Source of the DNA: Macrostomum lignano
Lineage: Eukaryota
Length of the DNA stretch: 64,000 nucleotides
Assembly: GCA_002269645.1 (NCBI GenBank)
Contig: NIVC01000107.1
Coordinates: forward strand, 310,001 to 374,000
Direction of reading: 5' to 3'
How positions within the stretch are numbered: the first letter of the stretch is position 1; each line of letters starts with the position of its first letter. The notes under the pieces were generated by a model. The model worked only from the letters and a program-made list of their open reading frames with translations. It had not been told where the DNA came from and did not search any database. This document shows positions 41,698 through 54,000 of the stretch, piece by piece. The translations under genes and the position numbers were made by a program.

Positions 41698-43058
41698 ACT
41701 AATCTCCGGCTTAAGCCAAAAAAGTTCTGCAACGTCAAAACGAAATGCAAATAGGTATTGATCAGACAATAGCAAAAATCAAATGTAAGGATTGTTGGCA
41801 ATTAAAGATGAAGGATATTTTAATGACCAAAAAATAGAGCGCTTAAGTCCGATGATAATAGAAAATATTTGAGATGAGACTGACACTCGGAAATAACAAA
41901 AATATCTGCTTCTTTCTAAAGCACTAAACCTTAAAGCCATTTTTACAGGATAAACAAAGATAAACAGCCTTAAAAATGGATCTCCCAATTAGAATGATTT
42001 TTATAATTAACCAAAAAATGATTCACTTTCCTATTTTCACAGTGCACTAGATTAATATTCGAGTGCGAGAGTATACTCGCTTGCTCTCTGTTGCTTCAAA
42101 TTTTTATTATAACTTAAACGAGAGCAAGCTTTGTGCATGATGTAATATGAGCTGCCCACTAGAGCTACGCACAAAGCGGTTTGCACTCGTACATTTAACA
42201 ATCAGCCGATCTCATGAGTAAATGTATATATCTCATGATTTCCTCATCGTATCCAACTGCAGAAGATGATTCCTAATGTGAAGAGCAGTCCTTGATGTGA
42301 GACTCGGTTGGCATGCTGACTGTCTTTGTTTCAAAATGAGGCCTAAAATTCGAAGATCGTCTATCTCCTCCTGAGAAAAATGCTGGCCTTATAGCTGGGC
42401 GAGGCCGGCTGGGGCGGGTCCATGAGATTTGCCCGCAGTGCATTTTGCCCTTGAGCGAATTGCCCGCCGATATTTGCCCGCCGAGATTTGCCCGATTTGC
42501 ACGCAATTTACATGTAGTGCTATCTTAGACGGCGAAAGGGCAGGAATGAGTCAATTAGAGTTAGTCTATAGGGATCTTGAAGGCTTTAATCTTCTGGATC
42601 AGCTCTATGGCGACAAGTTGACAAATTTCAGGCCAAAAGCGAGAAAGCACATGCACATGTATTTTCTGAGAGTTCAATGTACTTCGTACGAGTAATAGTG
42701 CATCCAGCGGAGAGACTCCTCAGCGCAGGAACCCCTGGAAAGTCTTCTCTGTCCCTGCATGGACACGACAACACCCTGGCCGATTTTCGTGCACAAGCCT
42801 CAAATGAATGTGTGACCGGGCACGGAATTGAACGAATTAGGGTCCGCCTCTCAATTACAGTATAGCTACATGTACAGATACGTGCGCCAGAAAGTTTTCA
42901 TCCTTGAAATGTTTGGCTATATGAAGTCCTGGCTTGCTAATCTGTCCAATTTAATAAATAATTGAGCATTGATTAATCAGTCGACAAGGCGCTCTGGAGA
43001 ACGGGAAGTCTGCAAAGTCACAGCGTCACTGCGAGGGAGCTCCACTCGCAGTCATCGA

Positions 43059-43916
43059 TCAAGCGCACCGGAATACCTTCTTCCTATTGCGGATCGCCAC
43101 CATGGAGCAGATGCCGCTGCAGCAGTCGGAGTCGCTCTGTGCGCACTCGGTTCCGGTGGCCTTGCAGCGGTCTCGCAGGCAGGTGGAGGCGCTGTCTTAA
43201 AATGCCAATGGTTTTGCATTAAATAGTTTAATAATATCGAATTCTTGTTCGATACCACCTAATTGTCGAAGAAGTCATGAAAAATTAGGTTGTCTGTCAT
43301 TTCGGACAGAACGACATCGCGACCAAATGTCTTTCCGTCGAACACTACAATCCCCTTTGACAGCTCTAGACTGAGCTGACTGATTGTACCCGCTGCAATC
43401 TGCTCACACTGACTGATCCTACCCGCTGCAATCTGCTCACACTGACTGATTGTACCCGCTACAATCTGCTCACACTGACTGATCCTACCCGCTGCAATCT
43501 GCTCACACTGACTGATCCTACCCGCTACAATCTGCTCACACTGACTGATCCTACTCGCTGCGATCTGCTCACACTGCAACTGATCCTACCCGCTGCAATC
43601 TGCTCACACTGACTGATCCTACCCGCTGCAATCTGCTCACACTGACTGATCCTACTCGCTGCGATCTGCTCACACTGCAACTGATCCTACCCGCTGCAAT
43701 CTGCTCACACTGACTGATCCTACCCGCTGCAATCTGCTCACACTGACTGATTGTACCCGCTGCAATCTGCTCACACTGCAACTGATCCTACCCGCTGCAA
43801 TCTGCTCACTAACTGATCCTACCCGCTGCAATCTGCTCACTCACAGAAGTTCTTGAATGATTATGAAACTTACTGATGATGACTAACAGACAAAATAAGA
43901 AGAACAGCAGTCTCAT
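43059..43916 (-). CDS. Secreted knottin/conotoxin-like peptide K4 (59 aa)
   Basis: Exons 43916-43874 and 43195-43059, phase-1 GTAAGT...AAG intron. MRLLFFLFCLLVIINSAST-CLRDRCKATGTECAQSDSDCCSGICSMVAIRNRKKVFRCA*. Confidence 0.88.
43372..43842. repeat. 33-bp minisatellite in the K4 intron
   Basis: Unit ctgatcctacccgctgcaatctgctcacactga. Confidence 0.95.
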
Positions 43917-46339
43917 GTTTTACCAATGAGTGCGAGCAGTGGAGGAACAAGTGATCTTTTACAAACGACAGAAGCTAATTGATTGTAAACCACTGCAGCC
44001 ACATGTGCAACCATTTCTGCATGCATTAAGCTCATAATTTTATTGCCATAGAAATGGGAAGTTCTCGCTTCTTGTTTCAGCCAGAAGCAACATGCAGCTA
44101 TAATAACAGAAGATTCATCCAAGATGAATGAAATTCTTCTGCAGAACAAAATTCGCAAAAAGCATCAACTCTTTTTGTCGCATTGCTCTTTTTGGATGCA
44201 TACAGTTAGGGGGGGGGGGGCGTTTCACAATCGAAAAGGTTTCTAATTTTTAATTTTTTAAATCAAAATACGACGTTAATTACTCAATTTCTACTGCACA
44301 GTGTAAATAGACTATACGCATTAAAACATTGGGACTGTAGAGCCTTCACCAACTCTGGAAGTGACTGGTGTTGTTATTGCAACAGCGTTTTAGCAATTCA
44401 GCTGTGGAGGACCCCGGCATCAGGCGTTGCATGCGTCGCTACCGCAAATCGAGATTCCGTTGTACCCCAAAGCGATGCGCTCATTCGGATGTTTCGAAGT
44501 CGAAACGCACATCCGAATGATGTTTCCGGGTCTCCGCAGCCTTTTGTAGTCCTCGTTCACTAAATCCGATCAGCCAAAACTATTCAGCTATTCAGTCTTG
44601 ATTCTTTTGGGTTGTCGGGGGGGGGGGGGTCAAGGCTCATGTGGTCGCACCGGGTGGCCGCGGCGGGGCTCAGGTGGAAAACCAAAATTGTAGCAGCAGC
44701 GAAGGCGCAGTAGCGACACGGAACGGCTGAGCGTGGCTGCAGTCTTGGCGAACTGCAATTTGTCATTTGGACGCAACTTCTTTTATCGCTAACTTTTGTG
44801 GCTAACTTTTATGTTATGGCTGACTCGTTACTGGCGTAAAAAATAATAACTTGTCTGATTAGTAGTGCATATTTCTCGCTCACATACGGAATAAGTTTTT
44901 TTCAGCTTAAACCATGACAAACTAATCAAACAGTAACCAACAGTAGCATGATGCGTCCCAGTGTTCCCGCATCCGTTGGATCAACGGTGAAATAACGTTG
45001 GGCCGTTGATTTGTCGTTAAAGAAAAAAAATTTCAATTTATCCTTACGACTATTTCCTATTAGGATATCAACATATTTTTGGATTTGCCGGGGGTTATAG
45101 ACCTGTTAAAGAGACAATAAATACCGTTGAACCAGCGTAGGAATCGCGTTGAGAAACTATCCGTTGAATTGGCGCAGAATAACAACGGTCATCCGACGAT
45201 ATCATTAAAAGCCTAGTTAATGTTCACTTGTTACTACTAAAAGTAACAAAAAGAAGATTCAACACAAAGTTTGCTTACTAATTGGTTAGAATATAGTCTG
45301 CCGGCTGGCTTAATGATATTTTCTCCATTATTTAAAAAAGTTAATAAAATCACGCGGTAGTTTAATTATAATGCAACAAGTTAAAACAGCTTGAATAGGT
45401 AGAACAGGTAAAAAGTATATGTAACTATCATAAGTGTTACTCAATTTATTTTATTATTTAGAAAATAAATATAAATACACATTTTGTCAACAATCCTCAT
45501 AAAATACAGCAAAGTTTAAAGTTTTCATAAATTTTATTGACGTTTTGTTATAGTCAGTTTGATCGTGCTTTGAGCATTTCAAAATTAATAATTTAAAACC
45601 ATTATCGAAATGGAGCCGATATAGCAGATCTGAAGTCTTGGCTTACCAGGTTCGGCGACAGTATAGGTCAGAAAAAGTATTTCTGAAAATGTCAATGAAG
45701 ATTTGCAGGATATTAAACTTAAATACTTCGATTTAAATACACATGTAGATGCATGGCGCGTGGAGTTCTGCGAATTTCTAAATTTCCCCTAATTGCGAAT
45801 TGATTTTTCGAAGGCATTTTAATTTTAAGAAGATTTAAGCAAATGATTTTTAAAATAATAAATCGCAAAACTCAGACGCAATGGATTGCGCAGTACTGAA
45901 ATAATGGCCAAACACGAGTGCGCGCACGAGTGTCTATGGCCATCATTTCAGCCCCTTACCTACTACGCAACGGCATTGTCTCTAAGACACATAAGAGGCC
46001 ATTATTTCAGCATAGCGTAGTCTGGCGGCCATTATTTCAGCGTGCCGGAAGCGGTAATTATTTCACACTTTTTTATCACGCTTCAATTCGCTGTTTTGAG
46101 AGTTATTTTACCCATAGACGACTGAGATGTGTGTCTTAGATTGACCATATAGACAACACTGTGATGAGTGCTGATTTCGTTTGCGCCTCGCAAGAAATCA
46201 GGAAAGCGGGTAGTCTATTTGTCTTGTCAAACAACTATGGCTGGTGCATCTCGTCGAACAGCCCCGCTTATTAAATTGGAAACATCTTCTTGTCGACGAC
46301 TGAACGAACACCCGTGTTGACAAAAGCCGGTATCTATAA

Positions 46340-46675
46340 AGTCAGTTCGAACTTACATGAAATCGGCCTAAATGGTAACTGCGAACATGTTCAAAGATCT
46401 TAGATCATGTTCAGAAAGCCTAATAAACCGAACTAATATGTTTACTATATGTATTATGATACTTCGCTTTTAATGTATTGTAATGATGATTGTAATGTAT
46501 CACTTTCTTAAGCATCCAGACTGACTGAGTTAGATAAATAGCTACCAGTATAGTACATACCAACAGACAATAAGTAAGCTAGTAAGCTTTACTAGGCTCA
46601 TTGAACATGCACGAAGATCTTTGAACATGTTCGCAAAAGCCGTTTAGTACTTTTCCGTGCATGTTCAAATTAGTC
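46340..46675. mobile_element. Degenerate MITE-like inverted-repeat element
   Basis: ctaaatgg...tgcgaacatgttcaaagatct (46368-46400) mirrors agatctttgaacatgttcgca...ccgtttag (46615-46648). No TSD resolved. Confidence 0.55.
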
Positions 46676-47152
46676 TAATGCTGTTGACAGGGGTGGAACG
46701 AACCGTGCGACCTATGCTTCAGTGGAGATGCGGGTGAAGGGTGAAGAGACACAGGAGATGCGGGTGAAGCATGGTAAGCATAATATGTCAACAACATTGT
46801 AAGTAAATTAGTGTGGCTATACTAATGGCTATAGATCGAAACTGAATTTTTTACAATGTCCATTAATCTGCAGGTCGGATGGATTCGGAACGCGCAATTC
46901 GCTTCTTCGAGAACTGCCACTTCAAGGATTGCACGTTTCAGTTTTAATGAGCAACTTCTGATGTACAGTCTATGACTACTGGACGTGTTGCTTTTGTGCT
47001 TAATGTGTGTGTTTTCCATTGTTTGTTAGCTAAAATGTCCTGACTATCCTTTTTCAGCGTATTCCAGAATAGTACATTACACAATAGTTCGCCGTTAGGC
47101 GCCCTCTGATTTCTCATTAACGCCCGCAAAGCATGGGTATTACTATAATTGT

Positions 47153-47279
47153 GCCATAGACATTTGTGTCCTTGACAAAGTGGGACAAAATTAGCGGGCA
47201 GTTAATGATATTAACTGCCCGCTAATTTGCATTAAAGTAAGCGTGACTCCTGCAAGCGGGCTTAAATGTAGTCTATGGC
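47153..47279. mobile_element. Small element with (tg)ccatagac / gtctatgg(ca) ends and an internal 19-bp palindrome
   Basis: Internal aaattagcgggcagttaat-gat-attaactgcccgctaattt at 47188-47228. Confidence 0.5.
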
Positions 47280-47845
47280 ATTAAAAGGCAAGAATAAGTG
47301 CCCAGCGGGCACAAAGGTCATGGTACAATGTTATGTACATGTAGACTGTTTGCGATTATTAACCCCTTATGTCAGTTAAAAAATACATAGTTGACTAATC
47401 GTCTATGGTTCAAACGCCTGCTAAAGCTGAAATAATGGCCAGTTGAGTTTGTCATTACGCCAGCTAGGCTGTGTCTTATGGACAATGAGCGATTAATGTC
47501 AGGATTCATTCGAAAAAAATTGATTGCAACAGAGATTTGAATAAAAACTAGGTTTGCGCGTAAGGGGAGCGAGCGGTGACGTTACTGGGGGAAATGTGTG
47601 ATATGTGACATGTTGCTGGGGAAATTGTGATGTCTCGACATACATGTATGGACTAGTAGGCTTCCAAATTCTAATGCAGGACGCGTTCACGAACATCGCA
47701 TTGAATTAGGTTGCCCTCTAGAGGTTGGGTGTGGTGCCTCTGACAGCAGGAGAGCCGGGGTGTCGGAAGTTCCATCATCTGTCCGCCAGCGTCTAGCTAG
47801 ATCTCTCGACGTGCCTTCGATGTCGTCCTGAACACAGAGAATAAC

Positions 47846-48043
47846 GTGGTCCTTGGTGGTTAGAGCGTCGGACTCTCGACTTGAAGGTCGGGGGTTCGAT
47901 TCCCGGTCCCACTTGAACGATTTGTGCCCTTGAGCAAGACGCTTAACTCTGCATTGCTTCTGTTCACCCAGATGTGTAAAATGGGTGCCAGCTGCATTAG
48001 CTGGGGTAATTGAGGGTGTGTGTGGCGACCCCCCCCCCCCCCA
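47846..48043 (+). mobile_element. tRNA-headed SINE, copy 2 of 3
   Basis: tggtggttagagcg...ggttcgattccc, followed by the same core as 37768 and 63651. Confidence 0.85.
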
Positions 48044-48227
48044 GCAGGGGTGTCGGAACCGGGGGGGCCCACTTTTTAGCATGATTCTGCAAGTGCCCTT
48101 TTTTAATTTCAAGCAAGTATCGGCCGGTTTTCGGCTTTGGCTGATATAATAGCTCGTAGTTCAGTTGTTCTCAATCCTATTCCACTACAGTTTTTATCTA
48201 ATGTGCCTAAGCCTAGCGCTTTTAGTG

Positions 48228-48995
48228 CAGAGGTCAGCAAACGTTTTACCTCTAGGGCCAGATTGAGAACAGCGCATGACTGCCCTTCTGGGTCCGCTTC
48301 GCTGGGCCCTCTAAGCAAAACGCGCGCCCAGGAGTCCGCGATGACTGCGGGCTATAAGGAGAGAGGATGGGGAATAGAGAAGAGAAGAAAATACGAGCGC
48401 AGGAGCGAGAAAGGAGAGGCGAAGGAATAAAGGAGAAGAGAGTAGACGAGAAGAAAGATAAAATAGGAGAGAAGGAGAGGAGAGAGAAGGGAAGGGAGAA
48501 GAGAATGGAGAGGAAACGGGAGATGAGAGGAGAGGAGAAAGAAGAGAGGAGAGGAGAGGGGAGAGGTGAGATGAGAGGAGAGGAGAGGATAGGAAAGGAG
48601 AGGAGAGAGGTGAGGAGATGAGAGGAGAGGAGAAAGAAGAGAGGAGAGGAGAGGGGAGAGGTGAGATGAGAGGAGAGGAGAGGATAGGAAAGGAGAGGAG
48701 AGAGGTGAGGAGATGAGAGGAGAGGAGATGAGAGGAAAGGAGAGATCGGAGAGGAGAGGAGAGAGGTGAGGAGATGAGAGGAAAGTAGAGAGGAGAGGAG
48801 AGGAGAGGAGAGGAGAGGAGAGGACAGGAGAATATGAGAAGAGAGAGGTGAGGGAAGAGAGCTGAGAAGAGACACAAGCATCGAGCGGGCCGGATTGCTA
48901 TTGTGAAGATTCAAAAGGACCCAAGGGCCGGATATAGAGAGGCTTTGCGGGCCACATTTTGGCTCTCAGGCCGGAGTTTGCCAACCCCCGGCCTG
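48228..48995. mobile_element. hAT-like non-autonomous element carrying a purine-rich low-complexity tract (48350-48870)
   Basis: Ends cagaggtcagcaaac and gtttgccaacccccggcctg, subterminal gggccgga motifs, flanks ttttagtg / ttttagta (8-bp TSD, 7 of 8 match). The TIRs are imperfect. Confidence 0.6.
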
Positions 48996-51025
48996 TTTTA
49001 GTATTCAGCCTTTTTACTTTGGCATCTCTGATCAAAATCCCGAGTCCACCGCAATCCCAAGATAAAAGAATAAAGAGACAGCGCCAAGAGGAACTGAAGG
49101 AGGCAGCCAAGAGATCCAGAAAATTACTGGTCTTGCCCTGGCAATTTTCATTCATTTTGATATGAATTAAGTTGATATGAGCTGTCGGTTGCACATCTGC
49201 CTATTGGTGTAGGTGTAATCAATTGTTATTATTACGCACAGAGCATTGAGATTACAGATAGAAACAGCCCGAGGACAGAGTCCAATAAATTTACGCTCGT
49301 ACACAGATCGAGCGTAACAGTTATATCGATGAATTTTCGATGCATTGATATAAGCAAGCCGAAACTCCAAAGTCGGATTATATATGAGTGCCAAAATTTT
49401 GACTGAGGCACGAGGCTGTGGCAGTGTCAAAGACCGAAAAAATGAGGCAGCTTTAGACAGAATTTTAACAGGCTCATTAAGGATAGGTAGCCAAAAAGTA
49501 CAGCACTCCTTTCAATTTCTGAAGCAGCAAATTGTCATTGCATGGGCCAGTAGCTAGGTTTATTTGCGTTTTCTGTCTCAACTAATGTAATGGAAATTTA
49601 ATCCATAGGGTCGAACGCGACGAGACGACATTTGTTTTTCGCTTGGTCTTCGGTTTTTGATTTAAGAATTTTTCTATGAATGTCACGTCGTAGGGTATGG
49701 TAGGCTGTAGCTAGCTAGGCTTGCAAAAAGCAAATCCAATGAAAGCTAGAACTAGTAGCTGTCGGCTGGCCGGTTCCAGTTCAGTTGCTGCGTTGCATTT
49801 ATCATTCATGAGAGGACGTGTATGCGACCCGTGTTCCAACTCCAACACAGGCTCTTCAAGATGCCTGAGCTAAGTAACCCTAACCCTAACTAAAGTTATG
49901 TTATGATAGATGATAAGGCCTATCAAGTTTTTTATTTTGCATTTGCTTTTTCGCTCTTTCGCTTGAAAGCTGCGAGTGGTATAATAAAATTTATACCTAC
50001 CTAGACTAGAGAATTCTTTGTATTGTAGACATAGGCCTACCTTAAAAATAGCCTAACCTAAGTAGATTTTTAACTTTTTTGATAGGGGCCTAATGATAAT
50101 TTTGAATTTTATAATGTAATAAGTGCTTTAAAATTCAAGTTTCATTGTTTTATTTACTAAATTGAACCAAAATATTCATTCAATAGGCTAGGGCTCATCC
50201 CTATGTATGTATAGGCCTATATATAGGGCCTAGGCCTATGTATAGTTTTAATACTATGTGAATTAGGGCTAGGCTAATTTGGGCCTTCTATCCAACTAGA
50301 CCACAAATCAATATTGTAATTTTTGGAAAATTGGCTAATTGCTTATTTTGTAACTTTTTTATATTAATTTTATAATTTTATTTTGGCAATTCTTATTTTT
50401 TCCATGTTTAATTCTTTAAAGTTTAATAATTTTTAATTCAATTAAGTACAAAATTATATAGGCTATAAAAATTTGAGAGAAACAAAGGAAAGCTTCTATA
50501 ACTGGTCAATGAATATAAAAAAAGAAAATAAGCTATAAATAGTTTAAAGCCAGAGAAAAAAATTTAAATTGTACATAATGCAAAACTATATTGCAAGAAA
50601 GCTCCAAATATAAACTATGTCCACTTTTTCATTAAAGGTATGCACTTTTACATGCACCTGTGATTGTGTGTGTATGTGTGTAATAGTGATAGCCCATAAT
50701 TCATGGGTTTTGTACTTTGAGGCAGTGTGGTCAAATGAATACAATGCGAGAAGTGATTGCAGAGAAGAAAAAGTCACAAAGGCTTGGAAGGCCAGTGCGC
50801 ACTTATATATTTTACTTAAACAAACTACTAACCAGCATGATTCAGCAAACACCAAACTCTCCACCCGGCCTAGGCTGGTCTAGGCAGACAGAAAAACCCC
50901 CTAGCCAATCAGAACGCAAGAACACTAACTAGCATACAAGCTGTATACACAACAATGGGGTCTCAATTGTGACAGCCCAGGCATCCAAATCTTGCATTTC
51001 TTCCACCCACTGCATTTCTCTCCAG

Positions 51026-54000
51026 TCAACGCCAAGAAGTCAGGCTGCTCAGCAGCCGGAAGGCGCCCCAGGCCAGCTGCAGCAGCTGTCCTATCCCTAC
51101 CTCAATCTGTTCAAGGAGCTGGGCGTTGGCCAATGGAACAGGTCAGAGTGCCATGGCGGGGTGGCCTCCTACATGGACCAGACTGTCAAGTCAACTGCCT
51201 TCAGCATCCAGGGCGCGGTGTCCGCCTCCAACTACATCCAGCTGCCCAGGCCTGCTGGCCGCGGCCTGCAGCTGCAGTGCCGCTACCTGTACGTGCAGTT
51301 CCGGCCCAGCCCCGGCCGCCACTTCGTGCTGCACGTGGACCTGGCAGCGGCCGGCACCACCGCCCCGGTGCGGCTCAGCGTCAGCAGCCTCTACAAGCGG
51401 CCTGCCGGCGGCGCCGCTGCCATCAAGCTGCCGTTCGTCTTCGACGCCGACGGCCGAGGCCGCCTGCTGGCCGCGCCGCCGGACGAGTCCGAGGCGCCGG
51501 CGGCCGGGGCGCCCTGCCCGGAGGCGGCCCGCTGGACTCTGCTGCGTCTCGACCTGGACTGGGCGCTGCGGGTGTTCGCCGGGGTTCGCCTCGGCTGCCT
51601 GCGCGGCCTTCGGCTCTGCGCCTGCATGAGCGCTCGCGCCGTCTTTGCCGCCTCCAGGCGCTACCAGCCGAACGCATCGCCCGTCTCCGAGGAGGCGCTG
51701 CCCCGCGCCATGGCCTTCTTCCTGGGCCGCGGCGAGCGCTTTGAAGATCGCTACGATTTTGTGCAGCTACCCGAGCCCACAGTCGAAGCTCGCGAGGCCG
51801 CGCCTCCTGTCGGGCCGGCTGAGCGAAGACCCTCGCCGCCGCCTGCGCCGCTGACGCCGCCGCCGCCTCAACAGCCGCAGTCGTCCTTCGTCAGGCCGGC
51901 TGCTTCTGTGCCGGCGTCAGCAGCGGCGGAGCTGCGCCTGTCGCGGGTGCTGGGCTGCACACAGCCGCACAGCGCCTGCTGGACCCAGGAGGAGCTGGTC
52001 TTCCCCTGCCACGCCCTGGTGGTGGCCCAGTGCCTGGCCACCGGCCGCCAACGCTTCTTCACCGGCCACACGGACTCCGTTGGCTGCGTGGCCGTGGACT
52101 CCGCCTGCGGCCGGATGGCCAGCGGCCAGCGCGGCCTGCTCCGCCTGTGGGACTTCGCCGGCCAGCGCTGCCTGGCCCACTGTCCGGCCTTTCAGCTGGG
52201 CGCCGGCCTTCTGGCCTTCTCGCCCGGCGGCCTTCGGTTGGCCGGCACCGGCCGGGACGCTCACGGACGCTTTGTGGTCACCGTCTGGCAGGTGAGCCGG
52301 GGCTGGCGTGCTGGGATTTGAATCAAGATAGGATGGGATTTGAGTCATGATTGGATGGGATTTGGGCCTGGGATGTGGAATCTGGTGGATAATTTTCCCC
52401 ACATCTGCGACCCCCAGACGGACGGGCCGGTCGTCCGGCTGCTCGCCAAGGCCTGCAGCGACCAGGCCCCCGTTGCCCTGCACTTCCTGGACGAGGCGCG
52501 CGTAGTCACCTGCGGCCGCGGCGCCGTCCGCTTCTGGCGTGTCAAAGGCGGCGGCGGCGCCGCCGGAACCTCGGCGCTGCTCCGCTCGGCGCCGGCCGCC
52601 CTGGGCGAGTACGCGGCGCTGGACTTCACCGCCGTCTGCCCGCTGCCCGGGCCTGCCGACGCTGACCCGCTGGTGCTGGCTTGCGCCCGGTCCGGCCACG
52701 TGCTCGAGCTCGGCGCCTCCGACCTGGCCGTCCGGCGCGCCCGCCGCCTGCTGCCGTCGGACCGGACAGCCTGGCGTGGCCGAGCTCGGCCGGCCGGCAT
52801 CGAGGTGTCCGCGGTGGCGGCCAACGAGTCCTTCTGCGTGACGGGCTCGGCCGATGGCTTCCTGCGCGTCTGGCCGCTCGACTTCTCGCAGGTGGGTCTT
52901 CGACTCGAGGTCCCTCACTTGAAGCTCGTTTTATCTCTGTGTTTGACCCTGGGACTAATTTGTGCGGGCTGATTTGGAAATGAACTGGTGCACCGCCTCT
53001 TGCAGGGAAGTCTAGTTATAATGTATTGAAATTTCCTCTTATCTTGAAATTGACCAAAAATTACACCTGACTGAATTACACTTGACTGTAGCTGACCAAA
53101 TCATACCTGACCAAATTACACCTGACCAAATTACACCTGACCAAATTACACCTGACCAAATTACACCTGACCAAATTACACCTGACCAATTTACACCTGA
53201 CCAAATTACACCTGACCAAATAGCACCTGACCAAATTACACATGACCAAATTACACCTGACCAAATTACACCTGACCAAATTACACCTGACCAAATTACA
53301 CCTGACCAAATTACACCTGACCAAATTACACCTGACTGAATTACACTTGACTGTAGCTGACCAAATTACACCTGACCAAATTACACCTGACCAAATTACA
53401 CCTGACCAAATTACACCTGACCAAATTACACCTGACCAAATTACACCTGACCAAATTACACCTGACCAAATTACACCTGACCAAAAAGCACCTGACCAAT
53501 TTACACCTGACCAATTTACACCTGACCAATTTACACCTGACCAAATTATACCTGACCAAATTACACCTGACCAAATAGCACCTGACCGAATTACACCTGA
53601 CTGATATTACCCCCCAAACCTTACCTTATAAAATTCCCCGCTCGCCCAGGTGCTCCTCGAGGCCGAGCACGAGAGCCCGGTGGTGACCGCCGCTCTCAGT
53701 CGGGACGGCGCCAGCGCCCTGGCCGCCACCGCCGCCGGCTGCCTCGGAGTCCTGGACGTTGCCCGCCGCGCCTACCGGACACTCGTCCGCTCGCCCGGCC
53801 CCGGCCCGGTTGCCTCCGCCCATCTCGGCCGGGACACCCTGGCCACGGTGTCCGCCGGCGACAAGTCGCTCCGCCTGTGGAGCTCCGACCGCCTCGACCA
53901 GTGCCAGAGCTTCGGCCTCGCTGAGCCGCCCTGCCGCGTCGCTGTTCACCCCCGCGACGGCCTCGCCGCTTGCGGCTTCCGCTCCGGCCACGTCCGCTTG

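Noticed and set aside
44580-44770. GC-rich stretch with an acceptor-like site and a CC pair, tested as a seventh knottin exon
   Set aside because: No frame gives the C-C-CC-C-C pattern and no signal-peptide exon was found.
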